In this document: in pieces, positions 1 to 12,570 of the stretch
Layout of the letters: every line of letters begins with the position of its first letter
Position numbering within the stretch: position 1 is the stretch's first letter
Source: Carcharhinus longimanus
Lineage: Eukaryota
Direction: 5' to 3'
Assembly (NCBI GenBank): GCA_030264375.1
Contig: JASCQW010000132.1
Location: forward strand, 48,540,234-48,604,233
DNA length: 64,000 nt
Position numbers and translations under genes: made by a program
Notes under the pieces: generated by a model
What the model saw: the letters and a program-made list of their open reading frames with translations, nothing else
Told to the model about the DNA's origin: nothing
Database searches by the model: none

Positions 1-140
<140 letters not shown>

Positions 141-355
141 TGATAGCAATAATGGGCACACTTTTTCAGTAAATGACTAATATTATGCTTTTGTCTGTTT
201 AGATAAAGAAATTTTAACCACTTGCACAATTCAAAAACATTTTTAGCTGAATCTGAGAAGATGGGTTCATGTCAGTTACTTAAACTAAAGGGGGAAAATT
301 TGAAATTTAATTGCAAAAATGTCAACTACTTGTGATATTATATAGGCATTATCTA

Positions 356-744
356 GGGCAGCACATTGGTTAGCACTGCTGCCTCACAGTGCCAGGGACC
401 TGGGTTCAATTCCAGCCTTGGTCACTGTGTTGAGTTTGCACATTCTCCCTATGTCTGTGTGGGTTTCCTCCGGGTGCTCCAGTTTTCTCTCTCAGTTCGA
501 AAAATGTGCGGGTTAGGTTGACTGGCCATGCTAATTNNNNNNNNNNNNNNNNNNNNNNNNNNNNNNNNNNNNNNNNNNNNNNNNNNNNNNNNNNNNNNNN
601 NNNNNNNNNNNNNNNNNNNNNNNNNNNNNNNNNNNNGTAAAATATGTAGGGATATGGGGGTAGGGCCTGGGTGGGATTGTGGTCCGTGCAGACTCGATGG
701 GCCGATGGGCCTCTTTCTGCAGTGTAGGGTTCTATGGTTCTATG
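356..744 (+). mobile_element. HE1-like V-SINE (tRNA-derived), spans a 100-N gap
   Basis: Head TGGTTAGCACTGCTGCCTCACAG with B box GGTTCAATTCC, V-domain GGGTTTCCTCCGGGTGCTCC, and CR1-like tail ending (TTCTATGG)n. Confidence 0.85.
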
Positions 745-764
745 CTCCTTCTACTTTGCCCCAT

Positions 765-1323
765 GGTGGCACAGTGGTCAGCACTGCTGCCTCACAGCAC
801 GGGATCCCAGATTCAATTCCAGCCTCAGGTCACTGCCTGTGCAGAATCTGTATGTTCTTTCCCTGTCTGTGTGGGTTTCCTCTGGGTGCTCTCCCACAGT
901 CCAAAGATGTGCAGGTTACTTCAATTGGCCATACTAACTTGCCCCTTAATGTCCAAAAATGTGTAGGTTAGGTGGATTGGCCATACTAAATTGCCCCTTA
1001 ATGTCCAAAAATGTGTAGGTTAGGTGGATTGGCCATGCTAAATTGCCCCTTAGATGTGCATGTTAGGTGGATTGCCCACACTAAATTGCCCCTTAGTGTC
1101 CAAAGATGTGTGGGTTATGTGGATTGGTCATGCTAAATTGCCCCTTAGTGTCCAAAGATGTGTAGGTTTGATGGATTGGCCATGCTAAGTGTATGGCCTT
1201 ACAGAGATATAGCGAGGGAAAGGGCTTGGGTAAGATACTCCATCAGAGAGTTGGTGTAGGCAGAATGGGCCAAATGGCCTCTTCTGCACTCTAGGAATTC
1301 TATGATCTATGATTCTATGATCT
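765..1323 (+). mobile_element. HE1-like V-SINE with internal 52-bp tandem expansion
   Basis: Same head, V-domain and tail as other copies; about 6 internal repeat units at 901-1190. Confidence 0.85.
901..1190 (+). repeat. 52-bp tandem repeat, about 6 units, inside the SINE
   Basis: Unit CCAAAGATGTGTAGGTTAGGTGGATTGGCCATGCTAAATTGCCCCTTAGTGT starts at 901, 953, 1005, ~1053 (shortened), 1100 and 1152. Confidence 0.9.
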
Positions 1324-1446
1324 GCACACATGCAAGGGATCAGAGAGGGGGGCCAAAGATCTGGGAGAGTCAGAGACAGTGAGGGGGTGAGGGTATGGAG
1401 AAATTGGAAAACAATGTTGAGAATGTAAATTCAGTTTAAATTTCAT

Positions 1447-1562
1447 TGATTAGCAGGGTAAATATGTGGGCTTACGGGAATAGGGCCTGGGTGGGATTGT
1501 GGTCGTGCAGACTCGATGGGTTGAATGGCCTCCTGCCCTGTAGCGATTCTATAGATTCTATG
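1447..1562 (+). mobile_element. V-SINE 3' fragment
   Basis: GGGCCTGGGTGGGATTGTGGTC...CAGACTCGATGGG...ATTCTATG matches the tail of the 356-744 copy. Confidence 0.75.
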
Positions 1563-3611
1563 CGGTTACAGAAGACTGTCAGCTAAACTGTTGTTCTGTG
1601 TAATTGTTTCAATAGAGGTATTGGGATCCATGAGGCGATGTCTTAATCTATTCTTTAAAGTATAATTTTAACCTTTAGAAAATAATCTAGATTTATTCTT
1701 CAGAAATCATTGATGAAGATTAAGTAACATTTGCTCTTAAATATCACATGAAGTTTGTGAATGAGTGCCTGAAATGTAAATTCCAGCATGGAAAATACTC
1801 ATTGCCATTTTGAGCTGTGAGAGATTGCATTTAGACAATGCCAATGAAGGCACTGATTTGTTGTGTTATGGTACCAATTGTCATGGTAGGATCGGTGTCC
1901 AGCCTTGATGGCAGTAGCAGTATACTTGACCTTATAGAGATGCCTATTGTCAGCACTTGCTTAAAAGTGAATGTAAAAGTTCTGTCATCCACTATTGTTA
2001 ATCCTGCACCCTTGAGACCAAAAGAGTGGAACATCAGAATGGTGAATAGTAAGTGGCATTAGTTCAAGTGCTTCATGGTCTAAAATAACACTGGTTTAGA
2101 CACTATAGTGAGATAATGAAAAACCCTCCAGAAATTATGACATTTTCTCTGTAGTAAATTTTGTCCATTTTTTGTTTTATTCTGAGCAACTCAAACCTGA
2201 TATATTTTTATAGTAATTATTTCTCATAGCCTCAATATTATTCATCAGAGTGCTGAACTAAAGAGGAAAATTACTGTATTAGGACCAAGAGGTGAAGCAA
2301 CACTTTTCAGAATAATTTGCAGCCAAAATGATCATTGTTAACAACTGGAATCAGCAATTATGATGAAAAAATGATTGCAGATGCTTTTTCAGAATCAAAC
2401 CCCAGGGGTATTACATAACACACAATAAATAAATTACATGGACATTTTTTATGTGAAGTGAAGCAACAATAAATTTTACTATAATTCTGGGAAATTGTAC
2501 TATTTTAATTAAAAAAAGAGAATATAGTTTATGTTATGGTTGAGTTATCAGGAAAAATTGAAAAAAATGTTCTCACAGTAAATACCTCTAAAAGGGATAC
2601 TTGAAATCCAAAATATTGCTCATCACTAATTCACAGGTGTGTGTAGGAAGACCACTGTGTAAAATACCGTGGTGTGACATTGTGAAAGCAATGCTTATAT
2701 GTTTTCTCAGTTAAGTATTTGTGCTTGGAGTTCCAGATTAATCCACATAGTAAATAAGTGAGCATGACATCTAAAAAATGAAGCTCTTTATTGCTTCTAG
2801 AATGATACATTTAATATCTTTTAATGTAAAAGGCAGTTCTTTGAACCATTTAGTTCACAGGAAAAACCATGTTTTAAGCATTTATGCCGAGGTTTGTTGG
2901 AGAAGCCAGTGTTTAGAACTTGTGTGAATAATTCTGTGGAGCTGATGATTATTTTCACTACCCAGGCAAGGAAATTTACTCAAACTGTGCATCCATTCAT
3001 ACTGTGCACAAAGTTATGCTTAAGTTGCCAAAAGTAATTCTCTATTTGAATTACATTGCATATTAAATGTGAATTTTCCTGGTTCAATATTTCTGGTTCA
3101 ATGTGCTTTCAATGTTTTGTACAGATTTTAAGTATTAATGCAATGTTGCCCGTACTGAACCCAGGAATTGAAGGTAGCTAGGTCAGTAGAATTTCAAACA
3201 CTCATGGGCAAATCGTAGGCATTGTTTAATCAGTTGCAGGTGTTGAGTGAGATTCTCTGGCACTTCCCGCCGGTGGGATTTTCTGGTCCCGCTGAAGTAA
3301 TTCCCTGGTGATGGGGCAGGCGAGCCATGCTAAAGCCCATAGACTTTGGCGGAAATAGAAGATCCTGCTGGTGGCCAATGTCTCGCTGCAAATACCATGG
3401 GAAAACCAGCTGCAAGCGGACAGGAAAATCCTAACCCACTGTGCCAACTTTCTGATCTTTCAAAACTTACTGCCCTGGTTAGGTCACTACACAGCCCAGA
3501 AATGATTCCATTGATGCTCACAAGTACTTGAGTACTGATTTTTATTTCTGTCACTCATTAAATTGCCATGTGGGAAAGTCTTCAATTGAGCTTGACTGTC
3601 CTTAATCAAAA

Positions 3612-3804
3612 TCACAGAATCCCTACAGTGTAGAAGGAGACCATTGAGTTTGGACTGACTCCCCAAAAGAACATCTTACCCAGGCTCACCCCTCTGCCCT
3701 ATCCCCCATGCATTTACCATGGCTAATCCACCAAATCTTTGGATTGTGGGAGGAAACCAGAGCATCTGGAGGAAACCCACACAGACATGGGGCAAATGTG
3801 CAAA
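3612..3804 (-). mobile_element. V-SINE fragment
   Basis: Reverse complement of the tail and V-domain (GGAGGAAACCCACACAGACATGGGG). Confidence 0.75.
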
Positions 3805-4415
3805 GTCATCTAAAGTTATTTCACAGTATTGAGTCACTAAAAGAAGGACTTTTGATTTTATGCCTGAATATTTTCTGGTGTGGCTTAGAAGTATTGAAAC
3901 AATCCAAATCCAAACTTCTCATTTAGAATTTCTAGATTTCACTCTCTGAATCTGCTGGATCTTGAATGGTGCAGTTAGTGACAATTTATCATAATCCCAA
4001 TACTGAAGAGATGCCAATTATTAACTAAGTGAAATCTGACTGAGACCAGACTGGTTGGAAATGCGTGGAAATTCATTCAATATCTGAAAGAGAAAGATAA
4101 GTTAAATGCTCCAAGTGGGACTTTTTAGGAGAAGTTAACAAATTACAGTCTAAAAAGCAAAAGCACTTGAGGAAAATATTAAATTCTTAAACACAAAGGC
4201 ATTTCACATTATCAGGCTCATCAACTTGCTGGTGATTGATAATGTGACTAGATCCAGGAATCCATAACCAGTTTGTTGATACGCTTGGCAATTTGCACTC
4301 CATGACAGTATAGTCTTTGAGGAATGAGGATGTTCTGTAGTTTACTTTCAGGATTCCTGTAATTCCAGGGCAGTCCAGACCCATTGACCAGTTATTTTCT
4401 TTTGTTAAAGGTCTT

Positions 4416-5218
4416 GGGTGCTATTTTTCCAGCCCGCTGAGTTGCTCAAGTAGAGAAGCAGAAGGCCTGTAGCGAGGGTCGTGATTGGTGTTCAGCCAAT
4501 TGCAACTCTCGCAGGTCTTTTTTCAATGTAATCAGCCTCACACCGGAAGTCAATGCGAGATTGATAACCATATGGAAATTCCAATTTCCATCTCATTTGC
4601 AAGCCTGGGACAGTATCATCTGGGGCTCGCTTATGTCCTCCCCCACTGCCCCCCTGCTTTGCCGGGAGCAGATTGCACCAATGGGGATCAAAGCTCGTCC
4701 CATCAATGGGGACCACCTTACTGGTGGGGACTGAGGCCTTTGAGGGCCCACCAGGAGGTCAGGGTTCATGCCCTCGGGTCTGGTGATCAGGGCTGGCCCG
4801 TTGGAGGGGGAGGTTGAGGAAGCCAGCTCAGTTCAGTGGAGGTGGCCCAATAGAATCAAATATCCTTCTTGCCCGATTGAGGTCCGTGGTAGCGATGGCC
4901 ACAGAGATTAATGGCTTGTTATTGCTGTCTGTGGCAGCGTGGATGACAGGCTGCACTGCATCAACCTGAGTGTCAGAATCATCAAGGGAGTCCAATTAAA
5001 GGTGAGCGAAGGCTGAAAGGCACAGACACAGGATACAGGTCACAGGGAGCTGAACACAAAGGCAGGATGGTATCTGTCAAGAGTCACCTGCTGCCCAATG
5101 CTGAGTCCCTTAATCAGGTACATAGTGCCTGATAACAAGTGATTCAACACTTCTCCAACAATTAGATGGGCCAGGCCACTATGTTTCCAGCTGTGATATG
5201 CTACATAAAATCCAGCCC
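4416..5218. mobile_element. Non-autonomous short-TIR element (Harbinger-like MITE)
   Basis: GC-richer island bounded by GGGTGCTATTTT and AAAATCCAGCCC. Confidence 0.5.
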
Positions 5219-5625
5219 TATATATTCCGTTCTTATTTCCAGTTCACATTTATATAGGAAACCAACTATATAAATTGATCATAATTTACTGTCCTGCCAT
5301 TGGAGTGATAAAGCATTTTTGTGGAGGATGTAAATATAACATGTTGGCCAGAATTCTCCCGTCCGCCAGCAGCGCATCCCCACTCGCGGGTTTTCAGCTG
5401 CGTGGAGTGATGGACCAGAGAATCCCACTGCTAGCAAACAATGTGCCACCTCCCACCAGCGGGAAACATGCGGCTTGGAGGCTGAAAAATTTCATCCAAT
5501 ATATTTTTCATAGGTAGTTTATCCTAGAAATTGAACATGGAAATTCATAATGAAAATATATGAAAGATTTGGCTACGGACTTCCTTTGTGTCACTGTTGT
5601 GTGGTACTTTGGGAAATTGAGATTA

Positions 5626-6878
5626 AGACCTGAATTTTCAAAATGATGAAGACTCAGTCATAGTGAAAATGGTTGTGGAAGCCCTGATCTGGATGACTCC
5701 TGTGAACATAGTGCCTATCTTGGTTGCAGAATGGAAGGGAATTGGGACCGGTTCGAAAATGAACTTCCATGCTTCATGGAGGAAGCTGGTCATATACAAT
5801 AGCAGCTGCCTCCAGTTATGTCAGATTTTCATCAGCTAGGAGTGGGGAAAAATGACATATGCAGATTAGAGCTAAATTTGGCGGAGTTGTTTAGATTCAT
5901 GGGGTACTCTTTTAGACATGGTCCTGGGACACCTTTCAGAGAGGTTAAGTTCCCTTTGGGATTGTTGAAGGTAGATGTGGATGTGTGTAAAAAAAAAATT
6001 CATATGCTCACCGTAACTTCAAGTTCTTTGGAGCTGTCAAGTCTTTTAAAACCTCTGCCCTTTAAATATTTGTAAAAATGTTTTAAAAAGGCTGCTTGCC
6101 ATCCATCAGTTGACAAAGATTGTACATTATCATTACTGGACTAGTGCTGCTGACTGATTATATAACATTTCCATTATCACAGCGGGGCGTTGCCCAGTTC
6201 ATTGTTGGAATCACAGCTCCCAAGGGTTTTAAACTCCTTTGAGTGGGACTCAGAATTCCACTGCTTGTATTTATAAGTGGTTAAAAAAAGCTAAATGTAG
6301 TGAGTGGGCTTTTAGCAATGAGACTGTATTCTTGAAATAGTGAATTATTTATTAGACACCTAATACATCAATTTTATTTCATCTCAGTATGAGTCCTGAG
6401 GTCTGTTCCTGGTGGATACTGGTTGAGCTAGCATGGTAGATGGAAGAGCAAAGGGTTGGGGGGACATGGGTTGACATGAGTTGGAACTAAGTTGGCACAG
6501 GGACTATAAAGGATCCATGGGAGGGTTGAGTAGAGGGGCATAGGTTGACATTGAAGGTATGAGAAACTATGGGGGCTGTGTGAGGTCATGAGGTGGCATG
6601 AATGTGCATGGTTAGTGTGTGAGTGTGGGGGGTGAAGACTGGAGGACTTACCTTTTCCTGTTTCTTTTTAAAAAATTTACACACAGTGCTGGTGCACTGA
6701 TGCAAGCTTTCTGCCTAGCCTGCTTCCACATGCAGTAGTCTTTGCACTCATTCCAGTGTTGGCAACCACAACTGCCATATTCACCTGCCCAGCTGGGCCT
6801 GAAAATCTGACTTGCTGGAATAGTTTCCTCCACGCTAGGTTTGCGGAGCCAGGAATTGTTCTGACTAAATTCAGGCCC
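5626..6878. mobile_element. Non-autonomous short-TIR element (Harbinger-like)
   Basis: AGACCTGAATTT at 5626 and AAATTCAGGCCC at 6867-6878 form a 10/12 inverted match. Confidence 0.55.
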
Positions 6879-7121
6879 AAGTATAATCTTCAGCTACAGT
6901 TGGACAATATGACGTGCAAAAGGCTGGAGGGAAATGTAAAACAGGGTCAAAGGCTAAGGCTGAAAGGTTAAAGGCCAGAGAGGCAAGGGAAAATCAAGAG
7001 TTAAAGGTTACAGGTAAATGGGAAAGTCGTATAGGGTTATAAGGGTAAAAGCAACATACTGCAGATGCTGTTAAAATTAAAGTTTGTTTATTAATCACAA
7101 GTAAGGCTTACTTGAAGCAAA

Positions 7122-7309
7122 AACAGAAAATGCTGGAAAATCTCACCAGGTCTGACAACATCTGTGGGGAGGGAATAGAGCCAATGTTTCGAGTCTAGAT
7201 GATCCTTCACCAGAGCTCTGACAAAGGGTCATCTAGACTTGAAATATTGGCTTTATTCTCTCTCCACAGATGCTGTCAAACCTTCTGAGATTTTCCAGCA
7301 TTTACTGTT
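7122..7309. mobile_element. Penelope-like palindromic repeat with two head-to-head degenerate hammerhead motifs
   Basis: Arms AACAGAAAATGCTGGAAAATCTCA... and ...TGAGATTTTCCAGCATTTACTGTT are reverse complements centred on CAGAGCTCTG (7211-7220). Confidence 0.75.
7177..7219 (-). ncRNA. Degenerate minimal type-I hammerhead ribozyme motif
   Basis: Minus strand reads AGAGCU-CUGGUGA-A-GGAUC-AUCUA-GACUC-GAAA-CAU-U-GGCUCU. Stem I (6 bp) and stem II can be drawn. The core has an A>G change, so it is probably inactive. Confidence 0.55.
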
Positions 7310-9871
7310 GTTGTAGGGTTATAGGGTAGTGAGGTGAAGCAAATGCAGGATTGCAGAAGGTAAAATGGTGGGGGCAGGGGTATAGAGGGGGAGGAATTAC
7401 AGTTAGTGAGAGGCAGTCGCTTCAAGGATGGGCGGAGGGAGCAGAGCATAAGGAGAGCCAGAGACCCCAAAGTGAGGATGTGACAAGAGTATCATTGGAT
7501 GCTGGTAAACGATTAAGGCTCAGCCGTCAAGGTGGATGCTGTTGACTTGGGAACTGATTCGCAGGGAAAGTTTGCAGAGTGAAACACAGAGAAGGTCAGA
7601 GTTGGAAGCAGTGATTCCAGTCGTGTAAACCCAGGTGAAGTTGAAATGGGAGAATGGGAATTTAAAAGGTGAAGGGAAAATTGGGAAAAAGGTAAGAATG
7701 GGGAAGGAGATACAGGAGAAGAGTAGGAGGAAGGTGAAGCAAGCAGATTTTCAACTTGCCTTTTCAGCAAAATACCACAGTGGAGCCTGGGGGATGCCTT
7801 TGTTTGCTGACAGGTTTGGAGTAGTCGATGGTAGGGAAGGTGGTGGGCTGAAATTTCCTAACTTTCAGGGGTTGGGAGGGGTTCCATAAAGTGGGAAAGG
7901 AATGTAAGGGTGGAGTACCGCTCATTTTCCTGCATGCATGCCATCTTGCCAGTGGAGGGGAAGTCGGTATACAGTTTTCATGCACAGAGGCCCATTGAGC
8001 CACTTGAGTGGCCAATTAAAGGTCCCTTTTCTATCCCTGATGGCAAATTCTGTTGGACTGGGGTGGGGGAGTTCCTCCTATTACACACTATTTTGCCCAC
8101 AGATGGAAAGGGTGCTCCAGTAGCAATGGATGCTTCCCTGTCAATGTCATATGGTTTTTAACCTCCCCCCGCCCCTCACCCCTCCACTTCCCTGTCCACT
8201 TCCCGTTTCTGTGCCTGATGGCAGGAATCCTGCAGTGAGAACAAAATTCCAGCTGGTGGGTCTGGTGTAATGCAAGAAACCTGAAAGTCTGGGAAGCAAT
8301 GGAGCAGAGATCACTGTCATACCAGGAGCCAGCAAGTGCTGAGTGGCGTTGAGGTTACGATCACAGCGCAAGACAATAGTAGTGGTGAGGAGGGGTGGGT
8401 TGGGGGGAATAATATGGGCCAGGAACACCACAAGGTCTCAAGTGAGTGGAACCAAGATCATAGTCATACTAAGAGCACAGAGAGCAAGAGTGGAAGGTCA
8501 AAATCTTAGCCATCTTGTTAGTGAGATGGACGCAACTGTAAACAGAATCCAAGTAGCTAGGACAGTTTGGCACACAATAACGACCAGGGTAGGACAGTGC
8601 TGCCTGCATCACTGTTTTTTTTGAGCTAATGGTTTATTTTTAACTGGTGCAACCTGAAAATAATCCTGGGGGAATTAGAGTAAATTCCACTCTAGCAGCT
8701 GCTGAGCAGGGGCACTGGCTGGTGAGGGTGTGGAGCAGGGAGCGTGAGATGAGCAGTAAGTACCAAAATCTAGAAACTTAAAACAAACATTAATATCATA
8801 AAAAGTAACAAATAAATACAGCAGTGCGGAGTTTCCACTAATTGTGCTTTTATTTTTCATTGCTATAACAACCAGAAAACATTGAAAAATTTTAAATGCA
8901 AATTTTGTTCAGTGCAATTTGCGTTTCCACGATCTTTAGTGTTAGTTTAAAAAATATTATGCTGGAACTCGGCCCCACCTCCAAAACTGATCATGCCCAT
9001 CCCGCACCCCACCCCAGGATAGATTTAGCACCATTGGGAGTTTCTGCTAATTGTGCCTGTTTGCAACCTTTCGGGGAGGATCCAGAAATGAAGCTGCATC
9101 TTTTGAGTTCAAGGAAACTAATAGATATATTTTGGAACATTGTAAATTACTTTTATAAATGATTTAAAATTATTACTTTTTTGTCAACTCATTTTTAGCT
9201 GCATCATTCAAGCATTATCAAGTTATGACTCTTAAATATATAAAGGAATATTTATGAAAGACTTTTTTTTAAATTAAAACACTGTCCGACTGCATTGTTT
9301 CTTAGCAGTTTGCAAATGTGATGCAAAAATGTTTGAACGGAAACTTGGAGAAGGGAGCAATTTTTCAAAAATGGGTGCAATTTTGTGTTAAATTTGCGCT
9401 ACAGTAGCTGATTGTGCCTCAGTGTGACAAAAACATGATCATCAAGCAGATTGGTTTGGAGTGATTGACTGCTTCCCATTCCTTTTCTCGTTCATTGGTA
9501 TGTTTTGTTGACTGTTCATGTTTGTTTCTTTTGTTGTCATTTGTGCATAGTAGTTCCTCTGTAAATGTAAAGTACATTTACCCATTCTTCTCTTGTTTGA
9601 TACATATATCCCCTGCCCCTTCAGTTATGATATGCTGCTATTTTATGAATGTAAAGTATGAACCAATCAGTTGCAGATATTTCCACATACGCAAATATGG
9701 CATTGAAGTGTGAGCCAGGTATTGAATTTGCAATGGACAAATTGCATGTTAAATACTTTATTCTATGTACAGTTCTAACTGTGATAAATTGCAGGTAAGT
9801 AACCAATGCAAAGATGCCCCACACAGGTCAAAGACAAAATGTAGTGCATCCATATGACACTAACATTTTGT

Positions 9872-10248
9872 TAGCGAGAAGAAGGTTAAGAGGTGACCAA
9901 ATAGAGGCATTCAAGATGACCAGAGGATTAGATAGGGTGGACAGTGAGAGCCTTTTTCCTCAGGTGGTGATGGCTAGCACAAGGGGACACAGCTTTAAAT
10001 TGAGGGGTGAAAGACATAGGACAGATGTCAGAGGTAGGTTTTATACTCAGAGAGTAGTAAGGGCGTGGAATACCCTGCCTGCAACGGTCGTGGACTCGCC
10101 AGCATTAAGGACATTTAAACGGTCATTGGATAAACATATGGATAATATTGGAATGTGTAGGTTAGATGGACTTTAGATTGGTTTTCACAGGTTGGCGCAA
10201 CATCAAGGGCTGAAGGGCCTGTACTGTGCTGTAATGTTCTATGTTCTA
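9872..10248 (+). mobile_element. CR1 (HER1-like) LINE 3' end
   Basis: ORF2 C-terminus RRRLRGDQIEAFK...TRGHSFKL...FYTQRVVRAWNTLP...FKRSLDKHM, with tail GTTCTATGTTCTA. Confidence 0.9.
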
Positions 10249-10477
10249 ACCCATATGTTACCTTTTATTGCTGATTGTCTCAAAGAATTGTGGAAAAATT
10301 AATATTCTACCAGCTGCTTAATATTAATCCAAGCTATCATCAACAGCAAAGCATATATAAAGAGTTTCTTACATGCGTAATCAATATTTTTACAGTTTTC
10401 AGGTTTGTCACTTCATATGTTATTTATACCTTAAGTTCATATCTTTTTTCTGAAGCTTGCTTTATTTATTGCTGTAG

Positions 10478-10941
10478 CTGAAATGGAGACCATGTCTGAA
10501 CTGTCCATTTCTCAACAAGGAACAAATCATGTAAACTTTGGATCACCAACAGTTCCCGGGAATGGTACTGAACTGCCACAGCCACCGTCACCTGCTCAAC
10601 TTCCGCATAGTGGTCAGCCTGCTCCAAGGTCCCAACTTTCCAATTTGCATCCAGGACTTGTCTCTGCACCTCTTAGCCCACAGCTGGTGAACCAGCAGCT
10701 GGTTATGGCCCAGATATTAAACCAACAATTTGCTGTCAACAGACTCTTGGCACAACAGTCTCTAAATCAACAATACCTGAACCACCCTCCTGTCAACCGG
10801 ACCATGAATAAACCATTAGAACAACAGAGTTCATCCAATGCTGAAGTGTCTTCCGAAATCTATCAGTGGGTTCGTGACGAGTTGAAGCGAGCTGGCATCT
10901 CCCAGGCAGTGTTCGCTCGTGTGGCTTTTAACCGAACTCAG
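10478..10941 (+). CDS. SATB1: SATB1 coding exon (464 bp): P/Q-rich linker and first half of CUT1
   Basis: Acceptor tttatttattgctgtAG at 10476-10477. Phase 1 matches the upstream exon (G|CT = Ala). Encodes EMETMSELS...NQQYLNHPP...[31 protein letters not shown]. Donor GTGAGA at 10942. Confidence 0.97.
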
Positions 10942-11082
10942 GTGAGACAAAAAATTCTTTCATTTTGGATACTTGGCATAAAACCAGACCAATGGTGGAG
11001 TCATGTTAGTGAATGAATGATCAGAGCATTCGATTTTGGTTTATTGAATGGTGAGATGCTGCAGAGAGACTCCTAACTTTTC

Positions 11083-11380
11083 TTTTGATTTGACTTATTA
11101 TTGTCACGTATTGTTTTTCTCGTACTATACAGACAAAGTATACCATTCATAGAGTACATAGCGAGAAGGAAAGGGCAGAATACAGTGTTTCAGTCAGAGA
11201 TAGGGTGCAGAGAAAGATCAATTTAACGTAGGTCCATTCAAAAGTCTGATGGCAGCAGTGAACAAGCTGTTGGCTAGGTGCTCAAAAGCACTTGTAATTT
11301 TCATCAGTTCTGAATGATAACCAAGGCTCAGAAAACATTATTTTCTTAGTACGTGATCTCAGACTTTTGTATCTTTTCCC
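11083..11380 (-). mobile_element. Rex1/Babar-type LINE 3' end, interrupted by a 66-bp insert
   Basis: TTTGATTTGA tail plus GTCCATTCAAAAGTCTGA...CAGACTTTTGTATCTTTTCC, as in the copies at 14051 and 51387. Confidence 0.7.
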
Positions 11381-12269
11381 AAAAATTACACCACACTATT
11401 GACCTTTACAGAATCACAGATGTTCTGTGAATCACTTTTAAAGTTTTGAGACTAGACAACCCATGTTCCTGTGCACATTCACAGGCATCATTAATGTATT
11501 GACTATAAGAGATTCATGGATGTTTTTTGAAGGATGAATAAAGTTCATTTCACCTTTTGCAATTTAATTAAATGCATTTGTAACAACTTGTCAACAAAAG
11601 TAAAGATTTAGGAATCTGTTTCAGCTATTCCAGCGACACTGCACAGAAGTAATAAACACTTTTCATATTGGATACCCTGATGATTAGTTAGGATCCTTCC
11701 TTGTTCCTCATTCACTCATCTACTGACCTGTTTAAATGTCTGTTTTCTTGATGTGAAGACTTTCAATCAATATGTCTGAATTAATGTTGGTTTAGTTAGT
11801 TAAGGGTGCCTCAGAAACTCAGTATGTGTTCTTAGAGAGAAAACTTCCTGGCTATTTTTTGTAGTTTTGTTAGTGATAACAAAACACATAAGATATTTAT
11901 AAGTATATAAGATATATATAAATATATAAGAAATAAGTAAAAACGATATTGAGACATTTTGGTGGGAAACTTAATTCTGTTCAGTTGGGCAGTAAATTTA
12001 TGAAACCTACAAAAATGTAGCTACAGATATTCCCCTGATACACAATAAACTGTTTTGATATAAATGTTTTCTTAGTCATTCAGAACTGATGAAAATTATA
12101 ATTGCTTTTGAGCACCCAGACTTGCACTTCTGTCTTTCTGGCATAAGATGGTGAGAAAGTAAATCACTTCAGTATTTCAGTTTTCTCACAATGAATATTG
12201 CGTTGCCTGGACAGATTATTTAAAAAAGCTTTCTAAAATGTATAACTAAAACTCACATTTTAAGATTAT

Positions 12270-12570
12270 GGGGTGGCATGGTGGCACAGTGGTTGGGGCA
12301 GCACGGTAGCACAGTGGTTAGCACTGCTGCCTCACAGCGCCAGGGACCCGGGTTCAACTCCCAGCTTGGGTCACTGTCTGTGTGGAGTTTGTGTGTTCTC
12401 CCCGTGTTTGCGTAGATTTCCTTCGGGTCCTCCAGTTTTCTCCTACAATCCAAAGACATGCTGGTTAGGTGCATTGACCATGCTAAATTCTCCCTCAGTG
12501 TACCCGAATAGGGGATTTTCACAGTAACTTCTTGCAGTATTAATGTCAACCAACTTGTGATATTGATACA
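12270..12570 (+). mobile_element. V-SINE with duplicated 5' head and an alternative 3' tail
   Basis: GGTGGCACAGTGGTT repeated at the 5' end, intact A/B boxes and V-domain, and tail GGGGATTTTCACAGTAACTTC... instead of the CR1-like tail. Confidence 0.8.

Noticed and set aside
901-1190. Regularly spaced repeats resembling a CRISPR array (also 57190-57578)
   Set aside because: Units are contiguous without unique spacers, there are no cas genes, and the context is vertebrate.
10942-11016. ORF tail [12 protein letters not shown]... and ATG start at 10483
   Set aside because: The tail is read-through into the intron past the GT donor, and the ATG is an internal codon of a spliced exon.
11880-11950. 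AT-rich ATATA stretch resembling a SATB1 base-unpairing binding region
   Set aside because: Indistinguishable from ordinary low-complexity sequence without binding data.
12295-12370. tRNA-like sequence with A and B boxes
   Set aside because: It is the head of a V-SINE that continues into the V-domain; not a standalone tRNA gene.
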